Below the pieces are notes generated by a model. It made no database searches. It saw only the letters and a list, made by a program, of their open reading frames with translations, and was not told the origin of the DNA. 64,000 nucleotides of DNA from Eledone cirrhosa (lineage: Eukaryota), in assembly GCA_964016885.1 (NCBI GenBank), contig OZ024740.1, forward strand, positions 428,854,001-428,918,000. Reading direction: 5' to 3'. Of this stretch, positions 37,401-52,400 are shown piece after piece. The translations under genes and the position numbers were made by a program. The first letter of the stretch is position 1. The number at the start of each line of letters is the position of its first letter.

Positions 37401-40400
37401 CTCTCAGGAGAGCTGGACAGCAGAAGGTCTTTAGAGAAGTAACTGTCAGGAGAACAGGTCAGTAGAAGGTCTTTGGAGAAGAAACTGTCAGGAGAGCTGG
37501 GCAGCAGAAGGTCTTTGGAGAAGAAACTCTCAGCAGAGATGGACAGCAGATGGTCTTCAGAGAAGGGACTGTCAGGAGAGCTGGACAACAGAAGGTCTTT
37601 GGAGAAGTAACTCTCAGGAGAGATTGACAACAGAAAGTCTTCAGAGAAGAAACTCTGAGGAGAGCTGGACAGTAGAGGGTCTTCAGAGAAGAAAATGTCA
37701 GGAGATGTGCAGCAGAAGGTCTTCATAGAAGAAACTGTCAGGAGTGTTGGGCAGCGGAAGGTTTTCAGAGCAGAAACTCTCAGGAGAGCTGGACAGCAGA
37801 AAGTCTTTGGAGAAGTAACTGTCAGGAGAGATCGGCAGCAGAAGGTCTTCTGAGAAGTAACTGTCAAAAGAGCTGGACAACAGAAGGTCTTCAGAGAAGA
37901 AACTGTCAGTAGACATGGACAACAGAAGGTCTTTGGAGAAGAAACTGTCAGGAGAGCTGGACAGCAGAATGTCTTTGGTGAAGAAACTGTCAGGAGGGCT
38001 GGACAGAAGAAGGTCTTCAGAGAAGAGACTGTCAGGAGAGTTGGACAGCAGAAGGTCTTTGGAGAACAAACTGTCAGGAGAGCTGGGCAACAGAAGGTCT
38101 TCAGAAAAGTGACTGTAAGGAGAGCTGGACAACAGAAGGTCTTTGGATAAGAAACTGTCAGGAGAGCTGGACAGAAGAAGGTCTTTGGAGAAAAAACTGT
38201 CAGGAGAGCTGTACACTTGAAGGTCTTTGGAGAAGAAACTGTCAGGAGAGCTGGACAGCAGAAGGTCTTTGGAGAAGAATCTCTCAGGTGAGCTGCACAG
38301 CAGAAGATCTTAGGAGAAGAAACTCTCAGGAGAGCTGGACAGCAGAAGGTCTTCATAGAAGGAATTCTGACTTGAGATAGACAGCAGAAGGTCTTTGGTG
38401 AAGTAATTGTCAGGAGAGATGAACAACAGAAGGTCTTCAGAGAGGAAACTGTCAGGAGAGCTGGGCAGCAGACGGTCTTTAGAGAAGAAACTGTCAGGAG
38501 AGCTGGACAGCAGAAGGTCTTTGGAAAAGGAACTGTCAGGGGAGCTGGACAGCAGAAGGTCTTTGGAGGAGAAACTGTCAGGAGAGCTGGACCGTAGAAG
38601 GTCTTTGAAGAAGAAACTGTCAGGAGAGCTGGACAGCAGAATGCCTTTGGAGAAGAATCTCACAGGTGAGCTGGACAGCATAATGTCTTTGGAGAAGAAA
38701 CTCTCAGCACAACTGGACAGTAGAGGGTCTTCAGAGAAGGAACTGTCAGGAGAGGTGGACAGCAGAAGGTCTTCAGAGAAGAAACTGTCAGGAGGGCTGG
38801 ACAACAGAAGGTCTTCAGAGAAGGAACTGTCAGGAGGGTTGGACAGCAGAATGTCTTTAGGGAAGAAACTGTCATGAGAGCTGGACAGCAGAAGATCTTT
38901 GGAGAAGAAACTCTCAGGAGAGCTGGACAACAGAAGGTCTTTTGAGAAGAAACTGTCATGAGAGCTGGACAGCAGAAGATCTTTGGAGAAGAAACTCTCA
39001 GGAGAGCTGGACAACAGAAGGTCTTCAGAGAAGAAAGTGTCAGGGGAGATGGACAGCAGAAGGTCTTTGGAGAAGAAACTGTCAAGAGGGCTGGACAGCA
39101 GAAGGTCTTCAGAGAAGTAACTGTCAGGAGTGCTGTGCAGCAGAAGGTCTTTAGGGAAGAAACTCTCAGGAGAGCTGGACAACAGAAGAACTTCAGAGAA
39201 GAAACTGTCAGGAGGGCTGGACAGCGGAAGGTCTTTGGAGAAGAAACTGTCAGGAGAGATTAACAGCAGAAGGTCTTCAGAGAAGAAACTGTCTGGAGAG
39301 CTGGGCAGCAGACGGTCTTTGGTGAATAAACTCTGAGGAGAGCTGGAGAGCAGAAGGTCTTTGGTGAAGAAACTCTCAGGAGAGCTGGACAGCAGAAGGT
39401 CTTTGGAGAAGAAACTGTCAGGAGAGCTGGACAGCAGAAGGTCTTTGGTGAAGAAACTCTGAGGAGAGCTGGACAGCAGAAGGTCTTTGGAGAAGAAACT
39501 CTCAGCAGAGCTGAACAGCAGAAGGTCTTCAGTGAGGAAACTGTCAGGAGAGCTGGACAGCAGAAGGTCATGAGAGAAAAAACTGTCAGGAGAGCTGGAC
39601 AGCAGAAGGTGTGCAGAGAAGAAACTGTCAGGACAGCTGAAAAGCAGAAGGTCTTCAGAGAAGAAACTGTCAGGCGAGCTGGACAGCAGAAGGTCTTTGG
39701 AGATGAAACTCTCAGGAGAGCTGGACAGCAGAAGGTCTTTAGAGAAGAAACTCTCAGGAGAGCGGGACAGCAGATGGACTTTGGAAAGAAATTGTCAGGA
39801 GAGCTGGACAACAGAAGGTCATTGGAGAAGAATCTGTCAGGAGAGCTGGACAACAGAAGGTCTTCAGAGAAGAGAATGTCAAGAGAGCTGGACAGCAGAA
39901 TGATTTGGAGAAGAAACTGTCAGGAGAGCTGGACAACTGAAAGTCTTCAGAGAAGAAACTGACAGGAGAGCTGGACAGCAGACGGTCTTTGGAGAAGAAA
40001 CTCTCAGGAGTGATTGACAACAGAAAGTCTTCAGAGAAGAAACTCTGAGGAGAGCTGGACAGTAGAGGGTCTTCAGAGAAGAAAATGTCAGGAGATGTGC
40101 AGCAGAAGGTCTTCAGAGAATAAACTGTCAGGAGAGTTGGGCAGCAGAAGGTTTTCAGAGCAGAAACTCTCAGGAGAGCTGGACAGCAGAAGGTCTTTGG
40201 AGAAGTAACTGTCAGGAGAGATCGGCAGCAGAAGGTCTTCTGAGAAGTAACTGTCAAAAGAGCTGGACAACAGAAGGTCTTCAGAGAAGAAACTGTCAGG
40301 AGGGTTGGACAGCAGAAGGTCTTTGGAGAAGAAACTGTCAGGAGAGATGGACAGCAGAAGGTCTTCAGACAAGAAACTGTCAGTAGACATGGACAACAGA

Positions 40401-43400
40401 AGGTCTTCAGAGAAGAAACTCTGAGGAGAGCTGAACAGTAGAGGGTCTTCAGAGAAGAAACTGTCAGGAGAGCTGGACAGTAGAAGGACTTTAGAGGAGA
40501 AACTCTCAGGGGAGCTGGACAGCAGAAGGTCTTTGGAGATGAAATTGTCAGGAGAGCTGGACAGCAGAATGTCTTTGGTGAAGAAACTCTGAGGAGTGCA
40601 GGACAGCAGAAGGTCTTTGGAGAAGAAACTGTCAGGAGAGCTGGACAGCAGAAGGTCTTTGGAGAAGAAACTGTCAGGAGGGCTGGAGAGAAGAAGGTCT
40701 TCAGAGAAGAGACTGTCGGGAGAGCTGGACAGCAGAAGGTCTTTGGAGAACAAACTGTCAGGAGAGCTGGGCAACAGTAGGTCTTCAGAAAATTGACTGT
40801 AAGGAGAGCTGGACAACAGAAGGTCTTTGGATAAGAAACTGTCAGGAGAGCTGGACAGAAGAAGGTCTTTGGAGAAAAAACTGTCAAGAGAGCTGTACAC
40901 TTGAAGGTCTTTGGAGAATAAACTGTCAGGAGAGCTAGACAGCAGAAGGTCTTTGGAGAAGAATCTCTCAGGTGAGCTGCACAGCAGAAGATCTTAGGAG
41001 AAGAAACTCTCAGGAGAGCTGGACAGCAGAAGGTCTTCATAGAAGGAATTCTGACTTGAGATAGACAGCAGAAGGTCTTTGGTGAAGTAACTGTCAGGAG
41101 AGATGAACAACAGAAGGTCTTCAGAGAGGAAACTGTCAGGAGAGCTGGGCAGCAGACGGTCTTTAGAGAAGAAACTGTCAGGAGAGCTGGACAGCAGAAG
41201 GTCTTTGGAAAAGGAACTGTCAGGAGAGCTGGACAGCAGAAGGTCTTTGGAGGAGAAACTGTCAGGAGAGCTGGACCGTAGAAGGTCTTTGGAGAAGAAA
41301 CTGTCAGGAGAGCTGGACAGCAGAATGCCTTTGGAGAAGAATCTCACAGGTGAGCTGGACAGCATAATATCTTTGGAGAAGAAACTCTCAGCACAACTGG
41401 ACAGTAGAGGGTCTTCAGAGAAGGAACTGTCAGGAGAGGTGGACAGCAGAAGGTCTTCAGTGAAGAAACTGTCAGGAGGGCTGGACAACAGAAGGTCTTC
41501 AGAGAAGGAACTGTCAGGAGGGCTGGACAGAGGAAGGTCTTTAGGGAAGAAACTGTCATGAGAGCTGGACAGCAGAATGTCTTTGGAGAAGAAACTCTCA
41601 GGAGAGCTGGACAACAGAAGGTCTTTTGAGAAGAAAATGTCAGGAGAGCTGGACAACAGAAGGTCTTCAGAGAAGAAAGTGTCAGGAGAGATGGACAGCA
41701 GAAGGTCTTTGGAGAAGAAACTGTCAAGAGGGCTGGACAGCAGAAGGTCTTCAGAGAAGTAACTGTCAGGAGTGCTGTGCAGCAGAAGGTCTTTAGGGAA
41801 GAAACTGTCAGGAGAGCTGGACAGCAGAAGGTCTTTGGTGAAGAAACTCTGAGGAGAGCTGGACAGCAGAAGGTCTTTGGAGAAGAAAATCTCAGCAGAG
41901 CTGGACAGCAGATGGTGTTCAGAGAAGAAACTGTCAGGAGGGCTGGACAGCAGAAGGTCTTTGGAGAAGAAACTCTCAGGAGAGCTGGACAGCAGGTCTT
42001 TAGAGAAGAAACGCTCAGGAGAGCTGGACAGCAGAAGTTCTTTAGAGAAGAAACTCTCAGGAGAGCTGGACAACAGAAGAACTTCAGAGAAGAAACTGTC
42101 AGGAGGGCTGGACAGCGGAAGGTCTTTGGAGAAGAAACTGTCAGGAGAGATTAACAGCAGAAGGTCTTCAGAGAAGAAACTGTCTGGAGAGCTGGGCAGC
42201 AGACGGTCTTTAGGGAAGAAACTGTCAGGAGAGCTGGACAGCAGAAGGTCTTTGGAGAAGAAACTGTCAGGAGAGCTGGACAGCAGAAGGTCTTTGGAGA
42301 AGAAACTGTCAGGAGAGCTGGACAGCAGAAGGTCTTTGGTGAATAAACTCTGAGGAGAGCTGGAGAGCAGAAGGTCTTTGGTGAAGAAACTGTCAGGAGA
42401 GCTGGACAGCAGAAGGTCTTTGGAGAAGAAACTGTCAGGAGAGCTGGACAGCAGAAGGTCTTTGGTGAAGAAACTCTGAGGAGAGCTGGACAGCAGAAGG
42501 TCTTTGGAGAAGAAACTCTCAGCAGAGCTGAACAGCAGAAGGTCTTCAGTGAGGAAACTGTCAGGAGAGCTGGACAGCAGAAGGTCATGAGAGAAGAAAC
42601 TGTCAGGAGAGCTGAAAAGCAGAAGGTCTTCAGAGAAGAAACTGTCAGGAGAGCTGGACAGCAGAAGGTCTTTGGAGATGAAACTCTCAGGAGAGCTGGA
42701 CAGCAGAAGGTCTTTAGAGAAGAAACTCTCAGGAGAGCGGGACAGCAGAAGGACTTTGGAAAGAAACTGTCAGGAGAGCTGGACAACAGAAAGTCTTCAG
42801 AGAAGAAACTCTCAGGAGAGCTGGACAGCAGACTGTCTTTGGAGAAGAAACTCTCAGGAGAGCTGGACAGCAGAAGGTCTTTAGAGAAGAAAGTGTCAGG
42901 AGCTCTGGACAGCAGAAGGTCTTTAGAGAAGTAACTGTCAGGAGAACAGGACAGTAGAAGGTCTTTGGAGAAGAAACTGTCAGGAGAGCTGGACAGCAGA
43001 AGGTCTTTGGAGAAGAAACTCTCAGGTGAGATGGACAGCAGAAGGTCTTTGGAGAAGGGACTGTCAGGAGAGCTGGACAACAGAAGGTCTTTGGAGAAGT
43101 AACTCTCAGCAGAGCTGGACAGCAGAAGGTCTTCAGAGAAGGGACTGTCAGGAGAGCTGGACAACAGAAGGTCTTTGGAGAAGTAACTCTCAGGAGAGCT
43201 GGACAACAGAAGGTCTTCAGAAAAGAAACTATCAGTAGACATGGACAACAGAAAGTCTTCAGAGAAAAAACTCTGAGGAGAGCTGGACAGTAGAGGGTCT
43301 TCAGTGAATAAATTGTCAGGAGAGCTGGACAGCAGAAGGTCTTCAGAGAAGAAACTCTCAAGAGAGCTGGACAGCAGAAGGTCTTTGGAGAGGCAACAGT

Positions 43401-46400
43401 CAGTAGAGATCGGCAGCAGAAGGTCTTCCGAGAAGTAACTGTCAGGAGAGCTGGACAACAGAAGGTCTTCAGAGAAGAAACTGTCAGGAGGGCTGGACAG
43501 CAGAAGGTCTTTGGAGAAGAAACTGTCAGGAGAGATGGACAGCAGAAGGTCTTCAGAGAAGAAACTGTCAGGAGAGCTGAGCAGCAGACGGTCTTTATGG
43601 AAGAAACTGTCAGTAGACATGGACAACAGAAGGTCTTCAGAGAAGAAACTCTGAGGAGAGCTGTACAGTAGAGGGTCTTCAGAGAAGAAACTGTCAGGAG
43701 AGCTGGACAGCAGAAGGTGTTTAGAGAAGAAACTCTCAGGAGAGCTGGACAGCAGATGGTCTTTGGAGAAGAAACTCTCAGGAGAGCTGGACAACAGAAG
43801 GTCATTGGAGAAGAAACTGTCAGGACAGCTGGACAGCAGAAGGTCTTCAGAGGAGAGAATGTCAGGAGAGCTGGACAGCAGAAGGTCTTCAGAGAAGTGA
43901 CTGTCAGGAGAGCTGGACAGCAGAAGGTCTTCAGAGAAGAAACTGTCAGGAGGGCTGGACAGCAGAAGGTCTGCAGAGAAGAAACTGTCAGTAGACATAG
44001 ACAACTGAAAGTCTTCAGAGAAGAAACTCTGAGGAGAGCTGGACAGTAGAGGGTCTTCAGAGAAGAAACTGTCAGGAGAGCTGGACAGCAGAAGGTCTTC
44101 AGAGAAGGAACTGTCAGGTTAGCTGGACAACAGAAGGTCTTTGGAGAAGTAACTGTCAGGAGAGATCGGCAGCAGAAGGTCTTCTGAGAAGTAACTGTCA
44201 AAAGAGCTGGACAACAGAAGGTCTTCAGAGAAGAAACTGTCAGGAGGGTTGGACAGCAGAAGGTCTTTGGAGAAGAAACTGTCAGGAGAGATGGACAGCA
44301 GAAGGTCTTCAGAGAAGAAACTGTCAGTAGACATGGACAACAGAAGGTCTTCAGAGAAGAAACTCTGAGGAGAGCTGAACAGTAGAGGGTCTTCAGAGAA
44401 GAAACTGTCAGGAGAGCTGGACAGTAGAAGGACTTTAGAGGAGAAACTCTCAGGGGAGCTGGACAGCAGAAGGTCTTTGGAGATGAAATTGTCAGGAGAG
44501 CTGGACCACAGAATGTCTTTGGTGAAGAAACTCTGAGGAGTGCAGGACAGCAGAATGTATTTGGAGAAGAAACTGTCAGGAGAGCTGGACAGCAGAAGCT
44601 CTTTGGAGAAGAAAATGTCAGGAGGGCTGGACAGAAGAAGGTCTTCAGAGAAGAGACTGTCAGGAGAGCTGGACAGCAGAAGGTCTTTGGAGAACAAACT
44701 GTCAGGAGAGCTGGGCAACAGAAGGTCTTCAGAAAAGTGACTGTAAGGAGAGCTGGACAACAGAAGGTCTTTGGATAAGAAACTGTCAGGAGAGCTGGAC
44801 AGAAGAAGGTCTTTGGAGAAAAAACTGTCAGGAGAGCTGTACACTTGAAGGTCTTTGGAGAAGAAACTGTCAGGAGAGCTGGACAGCAGAAGGTCTTTGG
44901 AGAAGAATCTCTTAGGTGAGCTGCACAGCAGAAGATCTTAGGAGAAGAAATTCTCAGGAGAGCTGGACAGCAGAAGGTCTTCATAGAAGGAATTCTGACT
45001 TGAGATAGACAGCAGAAGGTCTTTGGTGAAGTCACTGTCAGGAGAGATGAATAACAGAAGGTCTTCAGAGAGGAAACTGTCAGGAGAGCTGGACAGCAGA
45101 AGGTCTTTGGAAAAGAAACTGTCAGGGGAGCTGGACAGCAGAAGGTCTTTGGAGGAGAAACTGTCAGGAGAGCTGGACCGTAGAAGGTCTTTGGAGAAGA
45201 AACTGTCAGGAGGGCTGGACAGCAGAATGCCTTTGGAGAAGAATCTCACAGGTGAGCTGGACAGCATAATATCTTTGGAGAAGAAACTCTCAGCACAACT
45301 GGACAGTAGAGGGTCTTCAGAGAAGGAACTGTCAGGAGAGGTGGACAGCAGAAGGTCTTCAAAGAAGAAACTGTCAGGAGGGCTGGACAACAGAAGGTCT
45401 TCAGAGAAGGAACTGTCAGGAGGGCTGGACAGCAGAAGGTCTTTGGAGAAGAAACTGTCAGGGGAGCTGGACAGCAGAAGGTCTTTGGTGAAGAATCTCA
45501 CAGGTGAGCTGGACAGAATAAGATCTTTGGAGAAGAAACTCTCAGAAAGAGCTGGACAGCAGAATGTCTTCAGAGAAGGAAGTGTCAGGAGAGGTGGACA
45601 GCAGAAGGTCTTTGGAGAAGAAACTGTCAGGAGAGCTGGACAGCAGAAGGTCTTTGGAGAAGAAATTCTGAGGAGAGCTGGACAGTAGAGGGTCTTCAGA
45701 AAAGAAACTGTCAGGATAGCTGAAGAGCAGAAGGTCTTCAGAGAAGAAGCTGCCAGGAGAGTTGGACAACAGAAGGTCTTCAGAGACGAAACTGTCAGGA
45801 GAGTTGGGCAGCAGAAGGTCTTCAGAGAAGAAACTGTCAGGAGAGTTGGGCAGCAGAAGGTCTTCAGAGAAGAAACTGTCAGGAGAGCTGGACAGCAGAA
45901 GGTCTTCAGAGAAGAAACTATCAGGAGAGCTGGACAGCAGAAGGTCTTTGGAGAAGAAATTGTCAGGAGAGCAGGACAGCAGAAGGTCTTTGGAGCAGAA
46001 ACTCTCAGCAGAGCTGGACAGCAGAAGCTCTTCAGAGAAGGAATTCTGAGGACTGCTGGACAGCAGAAGGTCCTTGGTGAAGTAACTGTCAGGAGAGATT
46101 GGCAGCAGAAGGTCTTCCGAGAAGTAACTGTCAAGAGAGCTGGACAACAGAAGGTCTTCAGAGAAGAAACTGTCAGGAGGGGTGGACAGCAGAAGATCTT
46201 CAGAGAAGAAACTGTCAGGAGAGATGGACAGCACAAGGTCTTCAAAGAAGAAACTGTCAGGAGAGATGGACAGCAGAAGGTCTTCACAGAAGAAACTGTC
46301 AGGAGGGCTGGACAGCAGAAGGTCTTTGGAGAAGAAACTGTCAGGAGAGATGGACAGCAGAAGGTCTTCAGAGTAGAAACTGTCAGGAGGGCTGGACAGC

Positions 46401-49400
46401 AGAAGGTCTTCAGAGAAGAAACTGTCAGGAGGGCTGGACAGCAGAAGGTCTTTGGAGAAGAAACTGTCAGGAGAGCTGGACAGCAGAAGGTCTTTGGAGA
46501 AGAAACTGTCAGGAGAGCTGGACAGCAGAAGGTCTTCGGAGGAGAAACTGTCAGGAGAGCTGGACAGCAGAAGGTCTTTGGAGAACGAACTGTCAGGAGA
46601 GCAGGATAACAGAAGGTCTTCAGAGAAGAAACTGTCAGGAGAGCTGGACAACAGAAGGTTTTCAGTGAAGAAACTGTCAGGAGAGCTGGACAGAAGAAGG
46701 TCTTCAGAGAAGAAACTGTCAGGAGAGCTGGACCGCAAAAATTCTTTGGAGAAGAAACTGTCAGGAGAGCTGGACAGCAGAACGTCTTTGGTGAAGAAAC
46801 TGTCAGGAGAGCTGGACAACAGAAGGTCTTTGGAGAAGAAAGTGTCAGGAGAGCTGGACAACAGAAGCTCTTCAGAGAAGAGACTGTCAGGAGAGCTGGA
46901 CAGCAGAAGTTCTTTGGAGGACAAACTGTTGGGAGAGCTGGACAACAGAAGGTCTTCAGAGAAGAAACTGTCAGGAGAGCTGGACAGCAGAAGGTCTACA
47001 GAGATGAAACTGTCAGGATAGATGTGCAGCAAAAGGTCTTCAGAGAAGAAACTCTCAGGAGAGATCGGCAGCAGAAGGTCTTTGGAGAAGAAACTGTCAG
47101 GAGAGATGGACAGCAGAAGCTCTTCAGAGAAGAAACTGTCAGGAGAGATGGACAGCAGAAGGTCTTCAGAGAAGAAACTGTCAGGAGAGCTGTGCAGCAG
47201 ACGGTCTTTATAGAATAAACTGTCAGGAGAGCTGGACAGCAGAAGGTCTTTCGAGAAGAAACTCTCAGGAGAGCTGGACAGCAGAAGATCTTTGGAGAAG
47301 AAACTGTCAGGAGAGCTGGACAGCAGAAGGTCTTTGGATAAGAAACTGTCAGGAGAGCTGGACAGCAGAAGGTCTTCAGAGAAGAAACTGTCAGGAGTGC
47401 GGGACAGCAGAAGGTTTGCAGTGAAGAAACTGTCAGGACAGATGGACAGCAGAAGGTCTTCAGAGAAGAAACTGTCAGGACAGCTGGACAGCAGAAGGTC
47501 TTTGGAGAAGAAACTCTCAGGAGAGCTGGACAGCAGAAGGTCTTTAGAGAAGAAACTCTCAGGAGAGCTGGACAGCAGAAGGTCTTTGGAGGAGAAACTG
47601 TCAGGAGAGCTGGACAACAGAAGGTCATTGGAGAAGAATCTGTCAGGAGAGATGGAAAACAGAAAGTCTTCAGAGAAGAAACTCTGAGGAGAGATGGACA
47701 GTAGAGGGTCTTCAGAGAAGAACATGGCAGGAGAGCTGGACAGCAGAAGGTCTTCAGAGAAGAAACTGTCAGGTTAGCTGGACGACAGAAGATCTTCAGA
47801 GATGAAATTGTCAGGAGATGGGCAGCAGAAGGTCTTCAGAGAAGAAACTGTCAGGAGAGTTGGGAAGCAGAATGTTTTCAGAGAAGAAACTCTCAGCAGA
47901 GCTGGACAGCAAAAGGTCTTTGGAGAAGAAACTGTCAGGAGAGATCGGCAGCAGAAGGTCTTCCGAGAAGTAACTGTCAAGAGAGCAGGACAACAGAAGG
48001 TCTTCAGAGACGAAACTGTCAGGAGGGTTGGACAGCAGAAGGTCTTTGGAGAAGAAACTGTCAGGAGAGATGGACAGCAGAAGGTCTTAAGAGAAGAAAC
48101 TGTCAGTAGACATGGACAACAGAAGGTCTTCAGAGAAGAAACTCTGAGGAGAGTTGGGCGGCAGACGGTCTTTAGGGAAGAAATTGTCAGGAGAGCTGGA
48201 CAGCAGAAGGTCTTTGGAGAAGAAACTCTCAGGTGAGCTGGACAGCAGAAGGTCTTCAGAGAAAAAAAACAGTCAGGAGAGCTGGACAGCTGAAGGTCTT
48301 CAGAGAAGAAACTGTCAGGAGAGCTGGGCAGCAGACGGTCTTTATGGAAGAAACTGTCAGGAGAGCTGGACAGCAGAAGGTCTTTGGAGAAGAAACTCTC
48401 AGGTGAGCTGGACAGCAGAAGGTCTTCAGAGAAGAAACTGTCAGTAGACATGGACAACAGAAGGTCTTCAGAGAAGAAACTCTGAGGAGAGCTGGACAGT
48501 AGAGGGTCTTCAGAGAAGAAACTGTCAGGAGAGCCGGACAGCAGAAGGTCTTTAGAGAAGAAACTCTCAGGAGAGCTGGACAGCAGAAGGTCTTTGGAGA
48601 AGAAACTGTCAGGAGAGCTGGACAGCAGAAGGTCTTCAGAGAAGAAACTGTCAGTAGACATGGACAACAGAAGGTCTTCAGAGGAGAGAATGTCAGGAGA
48701 GCTGGACAGCAGAATGTCTTTGGAAAAGAAACTGTCAGGAGAGATGGACAGCAGAAGGTTTGCAGTGGAGAAACTGTCAGAAGAGCTGGACAGCAGAAAG
48801 TCGTCAGAGAAGAAACTGTCAGGAGAGCTGGACCGCAGAAAGTCTTTGGAGAAGAAACTGTCAGGAGAGCTGGACAGCAGAACGTCTTTGGAGAAGAAAC
48901 TGTCAGGAGAGCTGGGCAGCAGAAGGTCTTCAGAGAGGAAACTGTCTCGAGAGATGTGCAGCAGAAGGTCTTCATAGAAGAAACTGTCAGGAGAGTTGGA
49001 CAGCAGAAGGTCTTCAGAGAAGAAACCGTCAGGAGAGCTGGGCAGCAGACGGTCTTTAGACAATAAACTGTCAGGAGAGCTGGACAGCAGAAGATCTTTG
49101 GAGAAGAAACTCTCAGGAGAGCTGGACAGCAGAAGGTCTTTTGAAGAAGAAACTGTCAGGAGAGCTGGACAGCAGGTCTTTGGAGAAGAAACTCTCAGCA
49201 GAAGGTATTCGGAGAAGAAACTGTCAGTAGAGATGGACAGCAGAAGGTCTTCAGAGAAGGAAGTGTCAGGAGGGCTGGACAACAGAAGGTCTTTGGAGAA
49301 GAAACTGTCAGGAGAGCTGGACAACAGAAGGTTTTCAGAGAAGAAACTGTCATGAGAGCTGGACAACAGAAGGTTTGCAGTGAATAAACTGTCAGGAGAC

Positions 49401-52400
49401 CTGGACAGCAGAAGGTCTTCAGAGAAGAAACTGTCAGGAGAGCTGGACCGCAGAAAGTCTTTGGTGAAGAAACTGTCAGGAGAGCTGGACAGCAGAATGT
49501 CTTTGGAGAAGAAACTGTCAGGAGAGCTCGACAACAGAAGGTCTTTGGAGAACAAAGTGTCAGGAGAGCTGGACAACAGAAGCTCTTCAGAGAAGAGACT
49601 GTCAGGAGAGCTGGACAGCAGAAGGTCTTTGGAGAAAAAACTATCAGGAGAGCTGGACAACAGAAGGTCTACAGAGATGAAACTGTCAGGAGAGATGGGC
49701 ATCAAAAGGTCTTCAGAGAAGAAACTCTCAGGAGAGATCGGCAGCGGAAAGTCTTTAGAGAAGAAACTGTCAGGAGAGATGGACAGCAGAAGCTCTTCAG
49801 AGAAGAAACTGTCAGGACAGCTGGACAGCAGAAGGTCTTCAGAGAAGCAACTGTCAGGAGAGCAGGGCAGCAGACGGTCTTTAGAGAATAAACTGTCAGG
49901 AGAGCTGGACAGCAGAAGGTCTTTCGAGAGGAAACTCTCAGGAGAGCTGGACAGCAGAAGGTCTTTGGAGAAGAAACTGTCAGGAGAGCTGGACAGCAGA
50001 TGGTCTTTGGAGAAGAAACTGTCAGGAGAGCTGGACAGCAGAAGGTCTTTGGTGAAGAAACTCTGAGGAGAGCTGGACAGCAGAAGGTCTTTGGAGAAGA
50101 AACTGTCAGGAGAGCTGGACAGCAGAAGGTCTTCAGAGAATAAAACTGTCAGGAGAGCTGGACAGCAGAAGGTCTTTGGAGTACAAACTGTCAGGAGAGC
50201 TGGACAACAGAAGGTCTTCAGAGAAGAAAGTGTCAGGAGAGCAGGACAACAGAAGGTCTTTGGAGAAGAAACTGTCAGGTGAGTTGGACAGGAGAAGGTT
50301 TGCAGTGAAGAAACTGTCAGGAGAGCTGGACAGCAGAAGGTCTTTGAAGAAGAAACTCTCAGGAGAGCTGGACAGCAGAAGGTCTTATGTGAAGAAACTC
50401 TGAGGAGAGCTGGACAGCAGAATATCTTTGGAGAAGTTACTGTCATGAGAGGTGGACAGCAGAAGGTCTTTGGGGAAGAAACTGTCAGGAGAGATGGACA
50501 GCAGAAGGTCTTCACAGAAGAAACTGTCAGGAGGGCTGGACAGCAGAAGGTCTTTGGAGAAGAAACTGTCAGGAGAGATGGACAGCAGAAGGTCTTCAGA
50601 GTAGAAACTGTCAGGAGGGCTTGGCAGCAGACGGTCTTTACGGAAGAAACTGTGAGGAGAGCTGGACAGCAGAACGTCTTTGGAGAAGAAACTGTCAGGG
50701 GAGCTGGACAGCAGAAGGTCTTTGGAGAAGAAACTGTCAGAGGAGCTGCAGAGCAGAAGGTCTTTGGTGAAGAAACTCTCAGGAGAGCTGGACAGCAGAA
50801 GGTCTTTGGTGAAGAACCTCTGAGGAGAGCTGGGCAGCAGAAGGTCTTTGGAGAAGAAACTCTCAGGAGAGCTGGACAGCAGAAGGTCTTTGGTGAAGAA
50901 ACTGTCAGGAGAGCTGGACAGCAAAAGATCTTTGGAGAAGAAACTCTCAGCAGAGCTGGACAGCAGAAGGTCTTCAGAGAAGGAAGTGTCAGGAGAGCTG
51001 GACAACAGAAGGTCTTTGGAGAAGAAACTGTCAGGAGAGCTGGACAGCAGAAGTTCTTTAGAGAAGAAACTCTCAGGAGAGCTGGACAGCAGACGGTCTT
51101 TGGAGAAAGAACTGTTCAGGAGGGCTGTACAGTAGAAGGTCGTTGAAGAAGAAACTGTCAGGAGAGCTGGAAAGCAGAAGTTCATTGGAGAAGAAACTCT
51201 CAGGTGAGCTGGACAGCAGAAGGTCTTTGGAGAAGAAACTCTCAGGAGAGCTGGACAGCAGAAGGTCTTCAAAGAAGGAAGTGTCAGGAGGGCTGGACAA
51301 CAGAAGGTCTTTGGAGAAGAAACTGTCAGGAGAGATGGACAGCAGACGGTCTTTGGAGAAAAAACTGTCAGGAGGGCTGTACAGTAGAAGGTCGTTGAAG
51401 AAGAAACTGTCAGGAGAGCTGGACAGCAGAAGTTCATTGGAGAAGAAACTCTCAGGTGAGCTGGACAGCAGAAGATCTTTGGAGAAGAAACTCTCAGCAG
51501 AGCTGGACAGCAAAAGGTCTTTGGAGAAGAAACTGTCAGGAGAGCTGGACAGCAGAAGGTCTTTGGTGAAGAAACTCTGAGGAGAGCTGCACAGCAGAAG
51601 GTCTTTGGAGAAGAAACTGTCAGGAGAGCTGGACAGCAGAAGGTCTTCAGAGAGTAAAACTGTCAGGAGAGCTGGACAGCAGAAGGTCTTTGGAGTACAA
51701 ACTGTCAGGAGAGATGGACAACAGAAGGTCTTCAAAGAAGAAACTGTCAGGAGAGCAGGACAACAGAAGGTCTTTGGAGAAGAAACTGTCAGGTGAGTTG
51801 AACAGGAGAAGGTTTGCAGTGAAGAAACTGTCAGGAGAGCTGGACAGCAGAAGGTCTTTGGAGAAGTTACTGTCAGGAGAGCAGGACAACAGAAGGTCTT
51901 TGGAGAAGAAACTGTCAGGTGAGTTGGACAGGAGAAGGTTTGCAGTGAAGAAACTCCCAGGAGAGCTGGACAGCAGAAGGTCTTATGTGAAGAAACTCTG
52001 AGGAGAGCTGGACAGCAGAATGTCTTTGGAGAAGTTACTGTCAGGAGAGGTGGACAGCAGAAGGTCTTTGGGGAAGAAACTGTCAGGAGAGATGGAAAAC
52101 AGAACCTCTTCAGAGAAGAAACTGTCAGGAGTGCTGGAATGCAGAAGGTCTTCAGAGAAGAAACTCTGAGGAGAGCTGGACAGTAGAGGGTCTTCAGAGA
52201 AGAAACTGTCAGGAGACTTGGGCAGGAGAAGGTCTTCAGAGAAGAAACTGTGAGGAGAGCTGGACAGCAGAAGGTCTTTGGAGAAGAAACTGTCAGGAGG
52301 GCTGGACAGCAGAAGGTCTTTGGAGAAGAAACTGTCAGGAGGGACCGGCAGCAGAAGGTCTTCAGAGAAGTAACTGTCAGGAGGGCTGGACAAGAGAAGG